A DNA stretch of 37,683 nt from an uncultured bacterium (GTDB lineage Bacteria; SAR324; NAC60-12): NCBI GenBank assembly GCA_965662845.1, contig CBFIJD010000025.1:1-37683 (forward strand). Reading direction: 5' to 3'. The notes under the pieces are model-generated. The model made no database searches and was not told the DNA's origin. It saw only the letters and a list, made by a program, of their open reading frames with translations. The position numbers and the translations under genes were made by a program. Below are positions 17,381-28,183 of this stretch, in pieces; within the stretch, counting starts at the first letter, position 1, and the number at the start of each line of letters is the position of its first letter.

Positions 17381-18478
17381 ATGACACCATTCGCACACGC
17401 TCCCCGTTGGTTGCTGATTGGCGCGCTGCTGCTCTCATCCGGGCTGCTCACCGCCTGCGACAGCGCATCCAACGACCAAGAGGCCCAAGCGTCTGTTGCT
17501 GAGACGCCTGCTCCCGCCGCGCCTACGCCCCGCCGAACCAACGTCGCGACCGTCATGATCGAGCCCCAGACTTTAGCGCATCGCATCGAATTTGTGGGCA
17601 AGCTCTATCCCAACGAACGCGTTCAAGTTCACTCAGAACTGCCCGGCATTCTGGAACAAGTGGGCTTTGAGGAAGGCAACAGCGTCCGCAAAGATCAGGT
17701 GATGGCTAACGTCTCGACGAAGGAGCTGACCGTGCGCCGCGATATGGCCCGCGCAGATTTTCAACTCGCAGAGACGACCTTGCAGCGGCATCAGCAGCTG
17801 GCAGTCAAGCAGCTGGTGTCCCAAGCGCAGCTAGACCAGACCCGCACCCAGCGACAAGTCGCCCGCTACAACTGGGATCTCGCCGAGGTCCAGCTCAATA
17901 AGTCGGTCGTCCGCGCACCGATCGCCGGAGTGGTCAAAACCAAAGCGGTGAACGCGGGAGAGTACATCGGAGGCGGGAAACTGATCGCAGAGATTTTGGA
18001 CTTGAGCCAGATGCGCGTTCAAATCGACGTGCCTGAACAAGACATCACGCAGCTGCGACGGGGGCAAGATGTGCAGGTGGAGCTATATGTGGAACCCAAC
18101 ACGCGCTACCCCGGCAAGATCCACAAAATTGGCGTGGAAGCAGACGCCCGCTCCCGCACCTTCCCTGTGGAGGTGCTGATGCAGAACCCAGAACAACGCT
18201 TCCGCGCGGGGATGCTCGCGCGCGTCACCATCGACCTCGGAGAGTTTGACACCGAACTCGTCATCCCACGCAACGCGATTATCGAGCGGGAGACCGAACG
18301 CATTGTCTATGTCGCTGAGGAGGGCAGAGCGGTTCGCCGCGTGATCAAAACCGGCATTCGTGACAACGACCGCGTACAAGTGACCGCAGGCCTGCAAGCC
18401 GGCGAAGCTCTGATCGTGGAAGGGCACACCCGACTCGTGAACAACGAATTGATCAACGTCACTCGCACCGATTCCTGA
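17381..18478 (+). CDS. RND periplasmic adaptor (MFP) lipoprotein
   Basis: LLTA-C lipobox; EEGNSVRKDQ, VRAPIAGVV, RAGMLARV, GLQAGEALIVEG. Confidence 0.93.
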   Translation: MTPFAHAPRWLLIGALLLSSGLLTACDSASNDQEAQASVAETPAPAAPTPRRTNVATVMIEPQTLAHRIEFVGKLYPNERVQVHSELPGILEQVGFEEGNSVRKDQVMANVSTKELTVRRDMARADFQLAETTLQRHQQLAVKQLVSQAQLDQTRTQRQVARYNWDLAEVQLNKSVVRAPIAGVVKTKAVNAGEYIGGGKLIAEILDLSQMRVQIDVPEQDITQLRRGQDVQVELYVEPNTRYPGKIHKIGVEADARSRTFPVEVLMQNPEQRFRAGMLARVTIDLGEFDTELVIPRNAIIERETERIVYVAEEGRAVRRVIKTGIRDNDRVQVTAGLQAGEALIVEGHTRLVNNELINVTRTDS

Positions 18479-18488
18479 GCTTAGCCCT

Positions 18489-21400
18489 ATGCACCCGAGT
18501 CACATCGCCATTCGTAACTCAGCCTCGATCTTCGTGCTGGTCTTGATGATCGCCGTGATCGGCTTTCGCTCCTACGAAGCCCTGCCACGCGAGGCGAGCC
18601 CCGACATTCAAGTCCCGATCCTGATCGTCGCGATTCCCTTCCCTGGCGCCTCTCCAGAGGACGTGGAGTCGTTGATTACTTACAAAGCCGAGAACGAGTT
18701 CCAAAATCTCGATAACCTAGAGCGCATGGACTCCACCTCAGCCGAAGGGGTCTCGACCATTACCCTAGAGTTTGACGCCGATTACGACATTAGTGAGGCC
18801 CGCACCAAGGTCCGTGAAAAGCTCGACTCCATCAAACCAGAGCTGCCTGATGACGCCGAAGAGCCGGTGATCAACGAGGTCAACTTGTCGGAGCAGCCGA
18901 TGATGCTGGTGAACCTATCTAGCAACATCGAAATGCTGCGCCTCACAGAGATCGCCGACGAATTGAAGGAGCGCATCGAGGCGATCCCCGGCATTTTGGA
19001 GGTGCGTCGGGTGGGCGGTCTGGAGCGCGAAATTCGCGTTTATGTCAATCCAGAGAAGCTGCAATACCACAACCTTGATCTCAACCAAGTCTCGCGGGCG
19101 ATCTCGGCCGAAAACACGAACATTCCCGGCGGCAGCATCGAGATGGGGCCAACCAAATATCTCGTGCGTGTGCCTGGAGAGTTTGAAACCCCCATGGCGA
19201 TCAACGACGCTCTGGTCGCGGTGACCAACAACCAAGTCCCTGTGCGCGTCGAAGATCTGGGTCGCGTTGTGTTTGGCTTTAAGGAGATCACAAGCCAATC
19301 GCGGTTGGATGGCACGGAGTCAGTCTCGCTGAGCGTGATCAAGCGCAGCGGTGAAAACCTCTTGCTGATTCGGCAGCAGGTGCAAGAGCTCATCGCTCAA
19401 TTTGAAATTGAGCAAGGAGGGCAAATTCGATTTGGCATCTTGGCGGACACCGGCAAGCGTGTGAACCAGATGGTCTCTGACCTAGAGAACAACATCATCA
19501 CTGGGTTTTTGTTTGTGTTCCTCGTGCTGCTAGTCGTGATGGGAGTGCGCAACGCGATGTTTGTGGCGATTTCGATCCCGCTGTCTTTTTTGATGAGCAT
19601 GGTGATCATGAAAGCGCTGGGCTACACCCTGAATATCGTCGTGCTCTTCAGCCTGATCCTTGCGCTGGGTATGTTGGTCGATAACGCCATTGTGGTGGTA
19701 GAAAACATCTATCGGCACATGCAGTCGGGCAAGTCGCGCTTTGAAGCTGCGTTGATTGGAATCAAGGAAGTCGCGGGGCCCATCACGTCCTCCACACTAA
19801 CGACCCTAGCCGCGTTCGCACCGATCATTTTCATGCCAGGGATCATCGGCGAGTTCATGACCTTCTTGCCCCAAACTCTGATCATCACTCTGGCAAGCTC
19901 GCTGTTCATCGGGTTGTTTGTCAATCCAGTGCTCTGCTCTACGATGATGCACGCGAAGTCCGATGAAAATTCGGACGGCAACGAGCTGGGCGTGATTGAG
20001 CGCTACGCCTTCTTGCGCAAGTATCGCGATTTCATGGGGTTGGTGCTGAAACAACGCTTTCTGGCGCTGTTGGCGGCGATCGCGGTGTTTGCAGGAATCG
20101 TCTTTGTTTATGCGACGGTCACAGCGCCACGACAAGGGATGGAGTTCTTTCCCCAAACGGAACCCGAAGAAGCTGTGATCAACATTCGGGCGCCTGTAGG
20201 GACTGCGTTAGAGGTCTCGGATACATACGTCCGTGAGATTGAACGGGTCGTGGAACCCTATGGCGGGAGCCTAGAAGCTGTCGTCGCCAATGTCGGACAG
20301 CGCAGAGGTTTTGGGGCTGGGGACGCAGGCGGCTCCACCACCAATTTGAGCCATGTCGTGGTCTCTTTCCCCGATTGGCAGCACTGGGAGCAGATTCCGT
20401 CTGACGTCATTAGTGATATTCGCGACAGCCTGCAGACGTTTACAGGGGCCGAGGTGGAAGTCACGAAGCAACAGCAGGGGCCCCCTGCAGGCAAACCGGT
20501 GAACATTGAGGTTCGCGGAGAAGACCTTCAAGAGATGCAGCAAGTCGCTGCGGACATCCAACAGTTGATTCGCGACACTCCGGGATTGGTTGATTTGAGC
20601 GACGACTTTGACCGCAGCCGGCCAGAGGTTCGTGTCCAGATTGATCGAGACAAAGCCGCGCGGCTGGGCCTGCGAGCGCAAGAGATCGCTTCGACAGTCC
20701 GGACGGCGTTCAATGGCAGCAAAGTGTCGAGCTTTCGTGATGGACAAGACGAGTATGACATCTATGTGCAGTTAGATGAGAGCTTTCGCAGCACAGACCG
20801 CGATTTAGAGTCCCTCTACATTTACACACCGGCGGGACGATTAGTTCCGCTGAGCGAGATCGCTTCGGTCACAACCGGCCCCGCGTTGGGCTCCATTCGA
20901 CACGTAGAGCGCGAGCGCGTCATCACCGTCTCAGGCAACGCTCGCGACATACCCGGACCGGTCTTGCTTGCTCAAGTGCAGCAGGCGCTACAAGACTATG
21001 ATTTGCCTGCTGGCGTTGAGCTGCGTTACACGGGAGAGAATGAGGATCGTGAGGAGTCGCAGGCTTTCTTGAGCAGCGCTTTTGGCATTGCCATCTTCCT
21101 GATCTTTTTGGTGCTGGTCACCCAGTTCAACTCGGTGGTGCTCCCGTTCATCATCATGCTGGCTGTGCTGCTATCTTTGGCGGGCGTCTTCGTTGGGCTG
21201 ATTGTGCATGACCGCCCGTTTTCATTGATCATGACGGGAATTGGGGGCATCTCGCTAGCGGGGATTGTCGTCAATAACGCCATTGTGCTGATTGACTTCA
21301 TTGAGCAGCTGAAGCGGCAGGGCTTCTCAACGCGAGACGCGATTGTCACCGCTGGCGCGGTGCGCTTACGCCCCGTGTTGCTGACCGCGGTGACCACGAT

Positions 21401-21683
21401 TTTGGGCCTGATTCCCATGGCGTCGGGCATGGACATCAACTTCTTCCGCTGGCCGAACCCGGTAGTCTTCGGTGTGCCCAGCGGCGAGTTTTGGAAGCCC
21501 ATGGCGTTGTCGGTGATTTATGGTCTGGGTGTCGCGACGCTGCTCACGTTGATCGTGGTGCCTGTGCTCTACTCTCTGCAAGACAGCGCGAAAAATTTTT
21601 TCCGCGATTTGTTCCGAAAAAAGGGAACAACTTCAGAGGAGTCGGACGAATTCGATATTGCTAAGTTGCGAGAGGCGGCGTGA
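18489..21683 (+). CDS. AcrB/AcrD/AcrF family RND permease
   Basis: 1064 aa; FPGASPEDVE, GMLVDNAIVVVENI, RLRPVLLTAVTT. Confidence 0.96.
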   Translation: MHPSHIAIRNSASIFVLVLMIAVIGFRSYEALPREASPDIQVPILIVAIPFPGASPEDVESLITYKAENEFQNLDNLERMDSTSAEGVSTITLEFDADYDISEARTKVREKLDSIKPELPDDAEEPVINEVNLSEQPMMLVNLSSNIEMLRLTEIADELKERIEAIPGILEVRRVGGLEREIRVYVNPEKLQYHNLDLNQVSRAISAENTNIPGGSIEMGPTKYLVRVPGEFETPMAINDALVAVTNNQVPVRVEDLGRVVFGFKEITSQSRLDGTESVSLSVIKRSGENLLLIRQQVQELIAQFEIEQGGQIRFGILADTGKRVNQMVSDLENNIITGFLFVFLVLLVVMGVRNAMFVAISIPLSFLMSMVIMKALGYTLNIVVLFSLILALGMLVDNAIVVVENIYRHMQSGKSRFEAALIGIKEVAGPITSSTLTTLAAFAPIIFMPGIIGEFMTFLPQTLIITLASSLFIGLFVNPVLCSTMMHAKSDENSDGNELGVIERYAFLRKYRDFMGLVLKQRFLALLAAIAVFAGIVFVYATVTAPRQGMEFFPQTEPEEAVINIRAPVGTALEVSDTYVREIERVVEPYGGSLEAVVANVGQRRGFGAGDAGGSTTNLSHVVVSFPDWQHWEQIPSDVISDIRDSLQTFTGAEVEVTKQQQGPPAGKPVNIEVRGEDLQEMQQVAADIQQLIRDTPGLVDLSDDFDRSRPEVRVQIDRDKAARLGLRAQEIASTVRTAFNGSKVSSFRDGQDEYDIYVQLDESFRSTDRDLESLYIYTPAGRLVPLSEIASVTTGPALGSIRHVERERVITVSGNARDIPGPVLLAQVQQALQDYDLPAGVELRYTGENEDREESQAFLSSAFGIAIFLIFLVLVTQFNSVVLPFIIMLAVLLSLAGVFVGLIVHDRPFSLIMTGIGGISLAGIVVNNAIVLIDFIEQLKRQGFSTRDAIVTAGAVRLRPVLLTAVTTILGLIPMASGMDINFFRWPNPVVFGVPSGEFWKPMALSVIYGLGVATLLTLIVVPVLYSLQDSAKNFFRDLFRKKGTTSEESDEFDIAKLREAA

Positions 21684-21797
21684 CACCTTCTTGTCACCTT
21701 GATTTTTAGAGGAGAAGTCTGCAGAGTTTGGGCTGCTCTTTTCAAAGGGCACTTACCCCTCATCCCATTTACTCATGGACGACAAAAGGAGAACAGC

Positions 21798-22085
21798 ATG
21801 AAGCTGCTACGCGTTCCTGTAGGCCTTCCCGAAATCAGCGCCCTCAAACTTCAGCAGGATCACCTCTCTTGGGTCCGCACCAAAGAGTCCGAGTGGGGAC
21901 TGTTGCGTAAGGAGCACTTTGGTATTTACCGAGGTCAGGCCTACGACGCAGAGGTCTTCGGCGTGATTCGTTCCATTCCCTTAGAAGACGACATTCAGTA
22001 TGTCGGCTATGTGGCAGGCAAACAGGTAGCATCTCACTCCGACCTGTTCGAAGCGCAGATGCAAGTGGAGCAAAGCATTAGCTAA
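21798..22085 (+). CDS. Hypothetical protein (95 aa)
   Basis: AAGGAGA RBS before ATG 21798; followed by a hairpin. Confidence 0.75.
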   Translation: MKLLRVPVGLPEISALKLQQDHLSWVRTKESEWGLLRKEHFGIYRGQAYDAEVFGVIRSIPLEDDIQYVGYVAGKQVASHSDLFEAQMQVEQSIS

Positions 22086-22094
22086 TCCACTGCC

Positions 22095-22118
22095 CCCGGA
22101 GGAATCCTCTCCTCCGGG
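22095..22118. terminator. Hairpin between convergent genes
   Basis: CCCGGAGGA-ATCCTC-TCCTCCGGG. Confidence 0.6.
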
Positions 22119-22157
22119 CTGGTCTCTTCTCCGCTCTATGCTCCCTGTGTTGACCCT

Positions 22158-24521
22158 CTAAAAACTCGCCCCAATCCCCAATAAGACTGCCTCTTGCTGC
22201 GACGAATAGAACAGCTTCGTTTGAACTTTTGCGTTCTCTTGCAGGACATTGCCTAGCTTGAGGCCCACTCTCAGGTCGAGGCGGCGCGCTTCTGCTTGTG
22301 CTTGGCGTTCGTCGAAGTTGCGGTTGCGGTCGGTGTCGCCCTCGATGCGCGCTACCGTGTATGCTTGGTGCCGATAGGCGAACTCGGTCACCAACGAGAG
22401 GTCTGGCGTTGCCACAAAATATTGCCAGGCTCCCTGCACTTGGAGCGTCCCTACATAAGCATGCAGGAGGCTGTCATAAGCCGGAAATTTGCCGATGCCG
22501 ACGGCATACAGCTCCCACTCGTCTTCCGTGGGCACAAACTGGCTCTCTCCATCGTCATCCACGCCTTCGTTCTCTCCATCGTCATTGCTCAACAGCGTTC
22601 GATCTCCCGCATAAGAGGTGAACACGCCCCCCAGCGCGAGGCTCTGCGGATCTTGGGGTTTGCCATAAACTCGAAATTGTCCGCTAACGTGTAGCTCTCG
22701 GACAGGCTGCTCCCATTGGGGCTCATAACGACTCTCTAGCATCACGCTGGCAGATTGCTGCCAGCCCTTACCCAGCATCAGGCGGCTCAGGCTATACCAG
22801 TTCAGGCCCTCGTTGGCGGGGTCGATGCGCAGCTCTGGATGCAAATATACGTCAGGATTCCCAATGCTGCGCATTGTGAGCACGTACGCGTCTTCGGTCA
22901 GCGGATTCGCGTACGTTGCGATGCGCTCAGCCTCGATCGCAGCTTCCAAGCGTTCGATCTCCCGCGACAAGCCTGCGGTGTCTACAAAGCGTCCGCCGAC
23001 TTCTACAACGACGCGGAGCCGCGCGAGTTTGTTTTCTTTCTCCTCCAAGGAATCTTCTGGCTGCCGCCGAGCGATCTGCTCCATGGCTTCCACGGCCTCT
23101 GCTTTCTCCGCCGCGTCGGGATAACTCTGCACAAAGTCCAGATAGGCTTCCCACGTCCCCTCTCGGTCAATGGCCTGGAATAAGCGACGGAGCGCATCTT
23201 CCCGCTCGGCGGCATTGGGGAAGTCGCGCAAGAATTGCTCATAGCTTTCCCGACGGTCAGTCTGTCGCACCACGGCATACATCGCTCGGCTGGCCTCTGC
23301 GGCTTCTGGGCTCTCTGGGAACCGCTGCAAAAAAGCCCGAAACGCAGCATAGGTGCCTGTTCGCTCGGCCTCACGATATTGCAAAGCGGAGAGCGTCGCG
23401 CACTCAAAAGCAAGAGTCCCCAACTCTAGCGGCTGCGTGGCCGCCTCTCCTAAATCGAGCTGTACGTTCGCGGCGTAAGGACACGTGGCATCGAGCTGCG
23501 ATTGACGCTCCAGCTTCGCCGCGACCGGTACGACCTTCAGGGGAAGCGACGTCAGCTGGACTTGCCCTGAGCTGTCCGTGCGGGAGATCTCGGTATGCTT
23601 CTGCTGTTGAGCCAGAAACTCTACGCGTAGCGTCACATCGGCGATGGGTTCTCCGGCATATTCTAAGCTCAGCAGCAAGGCCTGCCGAAAGCGATAGGCC
23701 TGCCGAGTTGCGTCGGGCTCTAAGGTCACGAACTCCGGCGTTTGCTCTAAGCGAAGTGCGGACAACAACGGGTCAAGATTTTGGCGGATGGTTGTGCTGT
23801 CTTCAGGAGGAGCTAGCCCAGCGAGGCGAAGGGCAATCTCTCGATAGCGAGCGCGACGTTCGAACAAAACCGCGCTGCGATAGGCTCTCAGAAGTTGACT
23901 AAACGCGCGGGCGTCGGGTTCGTCAGAGCCCAAGATGCGTGCTAGCCAAGAGGCTTCCTCGGGCTGCTGTTGGGTGTCTGGATCAAACCATCGCTGTATG
24001 TCTCGGGCGTAACGTATGGAAGGCGCTGCCAGCTGCTGGGCGGTCAGGCGATACACGGCGAGGACAGAGCCATCGTCACAGCGGAAAATTTCGGGTTGTG
24101 GGAGAGGAAGGTCTAGCGCGCTTTGCGTACGTCGCTGGATGGTGGAGCGCTCTTGAAACTCCTCAACTTCATTGCGCCGCTTGAACTCAGCGCTTTGGCT
24201 CACAGAAGACTCGGCCCGTAAAAAGATGGCCTCGGCAACCCGTGCTTGCGCTTGCTGGATCGCTTCGGGCTCGCTGCTTCCAGAGCCACTGAATTCTTGA
24301 GGCCAGCGTTGGAGTTCGGCGAGCGACAGGCGCTGCACATTGGCTGGAAGCGAGCTGCGCAAGTTTTGACGCAGCTGGTCGCAGTCGGGCGCCTGTGCCA
24401 CAACGAGAGCGGGCCACAGACCAAAGAGCAGTGTGCCCCAAAGGCGAGGCAGGGGGTGTCGCATGAGCTGGTGTTGAGAAGCAAATCGGAGGAGTCGCAG
24501 GAGGACTGCGCGCGCGGACAT
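22158..24521 (-). CDS. Large hypothetical exported/outer-membrane protein with helical repeats
   Basis: Signal-like N-terminus; three x(Y/F)xxFLxx(F/Y)P repeats; beta-rich C-terminus ending GIGASF; TGATG coupling to rraA. Confidence 0.8.
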   Translation of the reverse strand: MSARAVLLRLLRFASQHQLMRHPLPRLWGTLLFGLWPALVVAQAPDCDQLRQNLRSSLPANVQRLSLAELQRWPQEFSGSGSSEPEAIQQAQARVAEAIFLRAESSVSQSAEFKRRNEVEEFQERSTIQRRTQSALDLPLPQPEIFRCDDGSVLAVYRLTAQQLAAPSIRYARDIQRWFDPDTQQQPEEASWLARILGSDEPDARAFSQLLRAYRSAVLFERRARYREIALRLAGLAPPEDSTTIRQNLDPLLSALRLEQTPEFVTLEPDATRQAYRFRQALLLSLEYAGEPIADVTLRVEFLAQQQKHTEISRTDSSGQVQLTSLPLKVVPVAAKLERQSQLDATCPYAANVQLDLGEAATQPLELGTLAFECATLSALQYREAERTGTYAAFRAFLQRFPESPEAAEASRAMYAVVRQTDRRESYEQFLRDFPNAAEREDALRRLFQAIDREGTWEAYLDFVQSYPDAAEKAEAVEAMEQIARRQPEDSLEEKENKLARLRVVVEVGGRFVDTAGLSREIERLEAAIEAERIATYANPLTEDAYVLTMRSIGNPDVYLHPELRIDPANEGLNWYSLSRLMLGKGWQQSASVMLESRYEPQWEQPVRELHVSGQFRVYGKPQDPQSLALGGVFTSYAGDRTLLSNDDGENEGVDDDGESQFVPTEDEWELYAVGIGKFPAYDSLLHAYVGTLQVQGAWQYFVATPDLSLVTEFAYRHQAYTVARIEGDTDRNRNFDERQAQAEARRLDLRVGLKLGNVLQENAKVQTKLFYSSQQEAVLLGIGASF

Positions 24522-25003
24522 CAGTGGAGTAGTCTGGTCTCGGCAACGACGAGCCCGTCTTCGTCGCAGTAGACCCAGTGATCTGGCTGGAAGGTCACAT
24601 TTCCAAACGTGACAGGTACGTTCTTTTGGCCAGCGCCTGTTTTGGTGCTTTTGCGTGGATTGGATCCGAGCGCTTTCAAGCCCAGATCCAGTCGCCCAAT
24701 GGCTTGCACATCACGGATCGCTCCATTCACGACGAGGCCAGACCAACCGTTGCCCCTCGCCAACTCAGCGATCACATCCCCAACGAGGGCGGTGCGCAAA
24801 GAGGCGCCTCCGTCTATCACAAGAACCTGCCCGTCTCCTGATTCTCCGAGGATGCTTTTGAGGAGGGCGTTGTCTTCGTGACATTTGACCGTCACGATGC
24901 GCCCAAAGAAGCGAGGTTTCCCGCCATAGATGCGCAAGGGGCTCTCGCAGCTCTGGAGCTTTTCGGCGTACTCATCATACAAATCGGCAGTTGCAAACGA
25001 CAT
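24521..25003 (-). CDS. rraA: RraA family (RNase E regulator / HMG aldolase-like)
   Basis: FATADLYDE, TVKCHEDN, VLVIDGGASLRTALVGD, GAIRD, YCDEDG. Confidence 0.93.
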   Translation of the reverse strand: MSFATADLYDEYAEKLQSCESPLRIYGGKPRFFGRIVTVKCHEDNALLKSILGESGDGQVLVIDGGASLRTALVGDVIAELARGNGWSGLVVNGAIRDVQAIGRLDLGLKALGSNPRKSTKTGAGQKNVPVTFGNVTFQPDHWVYCDEDGLVVAETRLLH

Positions 25004-25079
25004 AAGCTGGGTAGGGTTGGCAGTGGAAGAGGCAAGGGCAGAGAAACGCGTCTCTGCCACACAGAGAGCAGGCAGAAAC

Positions 25080-26189
25080 TTAAGAGAAAAAGCCTTTGAT
25101 GGTGTTCAAAAATTTGTCGCGCAAGGGGAGGCTGTCCTTGTCGCTGATCTTCTCTAGCTCTTCGAGAAGCTCCCGTTGACGGCTGCTGAGGTTGGTCGGG
25201 GTTTCGACGACGATGCGCACATGCAGGTCACCGCGACCGCCTCCGCGCAGTTGTTGAATCCCTTGGTTGCGCAGGCGAAAAATTTTGTGTGATTGCGTTC
25301 CCGCAGGCACCTTCAGGCGGGCTTTTCCTTCCAGCGTAGGGACTTCTATCTCTGTTCCCAAGGCAACGTGGGGGAAGCTGATGGGAACCTCGCAGTAGAG
25401 ATCGGCTCCTTCACGCTGAAAGATGGGGTGATCTTTGACGCGGATCACTACGTAGAGGTCACCGGGGGGGCCGCCGTCGATGCCGTGCTCACCTTCTCCT
25501 GAGAGCTTGATGCGAGAGCCCGTGTCGACTCCTGCAGGGATGTTGATGCGCAGGGTCTTGGTACGTGGGATCCGCTTCTTGCCGCGGCAAGATCCGCAAG
25601 GGTTGTGGATGGTTTTCCCCATGCCTCCACAGGCGCGACAGGTCGTGGCTACGCTGAAAAAACCTTGCTGAATCCGTTGCTGTCCCGAACCCCCACAGAC
25701 GCGGCAGACTTCGATGTCCTGCTCGGATTTGGCGCCCAACCCATCACAAGTGGGGCAGGTCTCCATGCGTGGAATGTCAACTTCTGTGGAGTGGCCGAAC
25801 GCGGCTTCTTCAAAGGCAATCTCCATGTTGTATTGGAGATCGGCGCCTCGCTCGCCGCGTGTTCGTCCGCCACCACTGCCCCCGAAGATGTCGCCGAAGA
25901 TGTCGCCGAAGATGTCGCTAAAACCACCCCCAGCAAAGCCTCCGGCGCCGAAGCCGTCGCCCATGCCTTCAGCGGCGTGGCCAAACTTGTCGTAGCGGTC
26001 GCGCTTCTGCGGATCGCCCAGCACTTCGTAGGCTTCGGTGGCTTCCTTGAACTTCAGTTCCGCTTCGGTGTCTCCCTGGTTGCGGTCCGGATGATACTTC
26101 ATCGCTACCTTGCGGTAAGCTTTCTTGAGTTCTTCCGGTGAAGCGTCGCGGGAGACCCCCAGCACTTCGTAGTAGTCTCGCTTGGCCAA
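25080..26189 (-). CDS. dnaJ: Chaperone DnaJ
   Basis: J domain with HPD, G/F region with DIF repeats, four CxxCxG motifs; TTG start. Confidence 0.98.
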   Translation of the reverse strand: MAKRDYYEVLGVSRDASPEELKKAYRKVAMKYHPDRNQGDTEAELKFKEATEAYEVLGDPQKRDRYDKFGHAAEGMGDGFGAGGFAGGGFSDIFGDIFGDIFGGSGGGRTRGERGADLQYNMEIAFEEAAFGHSTEVDIPRMETCPTCDGLGAKSEQDIEVCRVCGGSGQQRIQQGFFSVATTCRACGGMGKTIHNPCGSCRGKKRIPRTKTLRINIPAGVDTGSRIKLSGEGEHGIDGGPPGDLYVVIRVKDHPIFQREGADLYCEVPISFPHVALGTEIEVPTLEGKARLKVPAGTQSHKIFRLRNQGIQQLRGGGRGDLHVRIVVETPTNLSSRQRELLEELEKISDKDSLPLRDKFLNTIKGFFS

Positions 26190-26218
26190 AGAATGCTCCT
26201 GCTTGAGTTCCTGTCAAA

Positions 26219-28147
26219 TCACTTCTTCACTTCTTCATAGTCTGCATCGACGATGTCGTCATCGTCTTTTTTGCTTTGATTTTCGCCGGCTGCGGACGCC
26301 CCTCCTTGTGCGTCTCCCCCTGCGGAGGCTCCTTCTGCGCTGGCTTGCTGGCTATAGAGCATCTCGGCCAATTTGTGCGACGCCTGTGTGAGGGCTTCTA
26401 AATCACTCTTGATGGCTTCTGGCTCACCGGACTCTAAGCTCTTGCGTAGCTGGTCGCTGACCGCGTTGATCTTGTCCTTATCTTCCTGCGGCAGCTTGTC
26501 ACCCAGATCGCTGACCGACTTCTCGGTGCTGTAGAGCAAGGACTCTGCTTGATTGCGCAGCTCAGCGGTTTCGCGTCGTTTTTTGTCGTCATCGGCGTAC
26601 TGTTCGGCTTCGTTGACCATGCGCTTGATCTCATCTTCTGACAGCCCGCTAGAAGAGGTGATCTTAATCGCTTGCTCTTTGCCAGTGCCCAGGTCTTTTG
26701 CGCTGACGTTGACAATGCCGTTGGCGTCGATATCGAAGGTGACCTCAATTTGGGGGACTCCGCGTGGGGCCGGTGGGATGCCCACCAGCTCGAAGCGTCC
26801 GAGAGTTTTGTTGTCTCCAGCCATGTCCCGCTCGCCTTGTAAGACGTGAATGCTCACAGCGGGTTGGTTGTCTGCTGCTGTGGAGAAGACTTGGCCCTTG
26901 CGTGTGGGAATCGTCGTGTTGCGCTCAATGAGCTTGGTCATCACGCCGCCTAGCGTCTCGATGCCAAGGGAGAGCGGGGTGACGTCCAGCAGGAGAACAT
27001 CTTTGACGTCGCCCTTGAGGACCCCGCCTTGAATTGCGGCGCCGATCGCGACGACTTCGTCGGGGTTCACGCCTTTGTGCGGCTCCTTGCCAAAGAAGTC
27101 TTTCACGATTTGCTGGATCTTTGGCATGCGAGTCATGCCTCCCACGAGAATCACCTCGTCGATGTCTTTGGCCGTGCAGCCAGCGTCTTTTAACGCGGCG
27201 CGACAGGGTTCCAGACAGCGCTGCACCAAATCGTCGACCATTTGCTCAAATTTTGCGCGCGTGACGCGCAAGTTCAAGTGCTTGGGCCCCGTTTGGTCTG
27301 CTGTAATGAAGGGCAAATTGACTTCTGTCTCACTGCTAGAGGACAGCTCGTGCTTGGCTTTCTCGGCGGCTTCTTTCAAGCGCTGCAAGGCCATCTTGTC
27401 GTCGCGCAGGTCGATGCTGTTTTCTTTCTTGAACTCGTCTGCCAAAAAGTTGATCAGGCGGTTGTCAAAGTCATCTCCCCCCAAGAAGGTGTCGCCATTG
27501 GTCGACTTCACTTCAAACACGCCGTCGCCGATCTCCAAGATTGAGATATCGAAGGTTCCTCCGCCCAAGTCGAAGACGGCGATTTTCTCGTCGGATTTCT
27601 TGTCGAGTCCATACGCGAGAGACGCGGCGGTGGGTTCGTTGATGATGCGCAGCACATTCAAGCCGGCGATCTTGCCTGCGTCTTTGGTGGCTTGGCGTTG
27701 GCTGTCGTTGAAGTAGGCCGGCACGGTGATGACGGCTTCGGTCACCGTCTCTCCCAGATAGTCCTCTGCGGTCTGCTTCATCTTCTGCAACACGAACGCT
27801 GAAATTTCGGGTGGCGAATATTGCTTGTCATCCACGCCGATGTAGGCCAGATCGTTCGCGCCAGAGGCGACCTCGTAAGGGGCAATCGCCTTCAGGCGTT
27901 TCACCGACTCCGACTCCATTTTCTGACCCATCAGCCGCTTTGCGGAGAAGATGGTGCGCTTGGGATTGGTGATCGCTTGGCGCTTTGCCACTTGACCGAT
28001 GAGCCGCTCACCGCTGTCGTTGAAGGCGACCATGGACGGGGTCGTGCGCGCGCCTTCTGCGTTTTGAATGACTTTCGGGTCTCCGCCTTCCATCACAGCC
28101 ACACACGAGTTAGATGTTCCCAAGTCAATTCCGATTACTTTTCCCAT
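26219..28147 (-). CDS. dnaK: Chaperone DnaK
   Basis: [27 protein letters not shown]. Confidence 0.99.
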   Translation of the reverse strand: MGKVIGIDLGTSNSCVAVMEGGDPKVIQNAEGARTTPSMVAFNDSGERLIGQVAKRQAITNPKRTIFSAKRLMGQKMESESVKRLKAIAPYEVASGANDLAYIGVDDKQYSPPEISAFVLQKMKQTAEDYLGETVTEAVITVPAYFNDSQRQATKDAGKIAGLNVLRIINEPTAASLAYGLDKKSDEKIAVFDLGGGTFDISILEIGDGVFEVKSTNGDTFLGGDDFDNRLINFLADEFKKENSIDLRDDKMALQRLKEAAEKAKHELSSSSETEVNLPFITADQTGPKHLNLRVTRAKFEQMVDDLVQRCLEPCRAALKDAGCTAKDIDEVILVGGMTRMPKIQQIVKDFFGKEPHKGVNPDEVVAIGAAIQGGVLKGDVKDVLLLDVTPLSLGIETLGGVMTKLIERNTTIPTRKGQVFSTAADNQPAVSIHVLQGERDMAGDNKTLGRFELVGIPPAPRGVPQIEVTFDIDANGIVNVSAKDLGTGKEQAIKITSSSGLSEDEIKRMVNEAEQYADDDKKRRETAELRNQAESLLYSTEKSVSDLGDKLPQEDKDKINAVSDQLRKSLESGEPEAIKSDLEALTQASHKLAEMLYSQQASAEGASAGGDAQGGASAAGENQSKKDDDDIVDADYEEVKK

Positions 28148-28183
28148 AATGCAAGCTCCTTTGGGTTGATTGGTTTCTAAAAA

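Noticed and set aside
22916..23902. 328-aa plus-strand ORF
   Set aside because: Arg/Pro/Ser-rich shadow opposite the 787-aa gene.
25882..25917. 12-bp tandem repeat CCGAAGATGTCG x3
   Set aside because: Encodes the normal DIF repeats of the DnaJ G/F region.
26553..28180. Antisense ORFs opposite dnaK
   Set aside because: Well-known codon-bias shadows of hsp70 genes.
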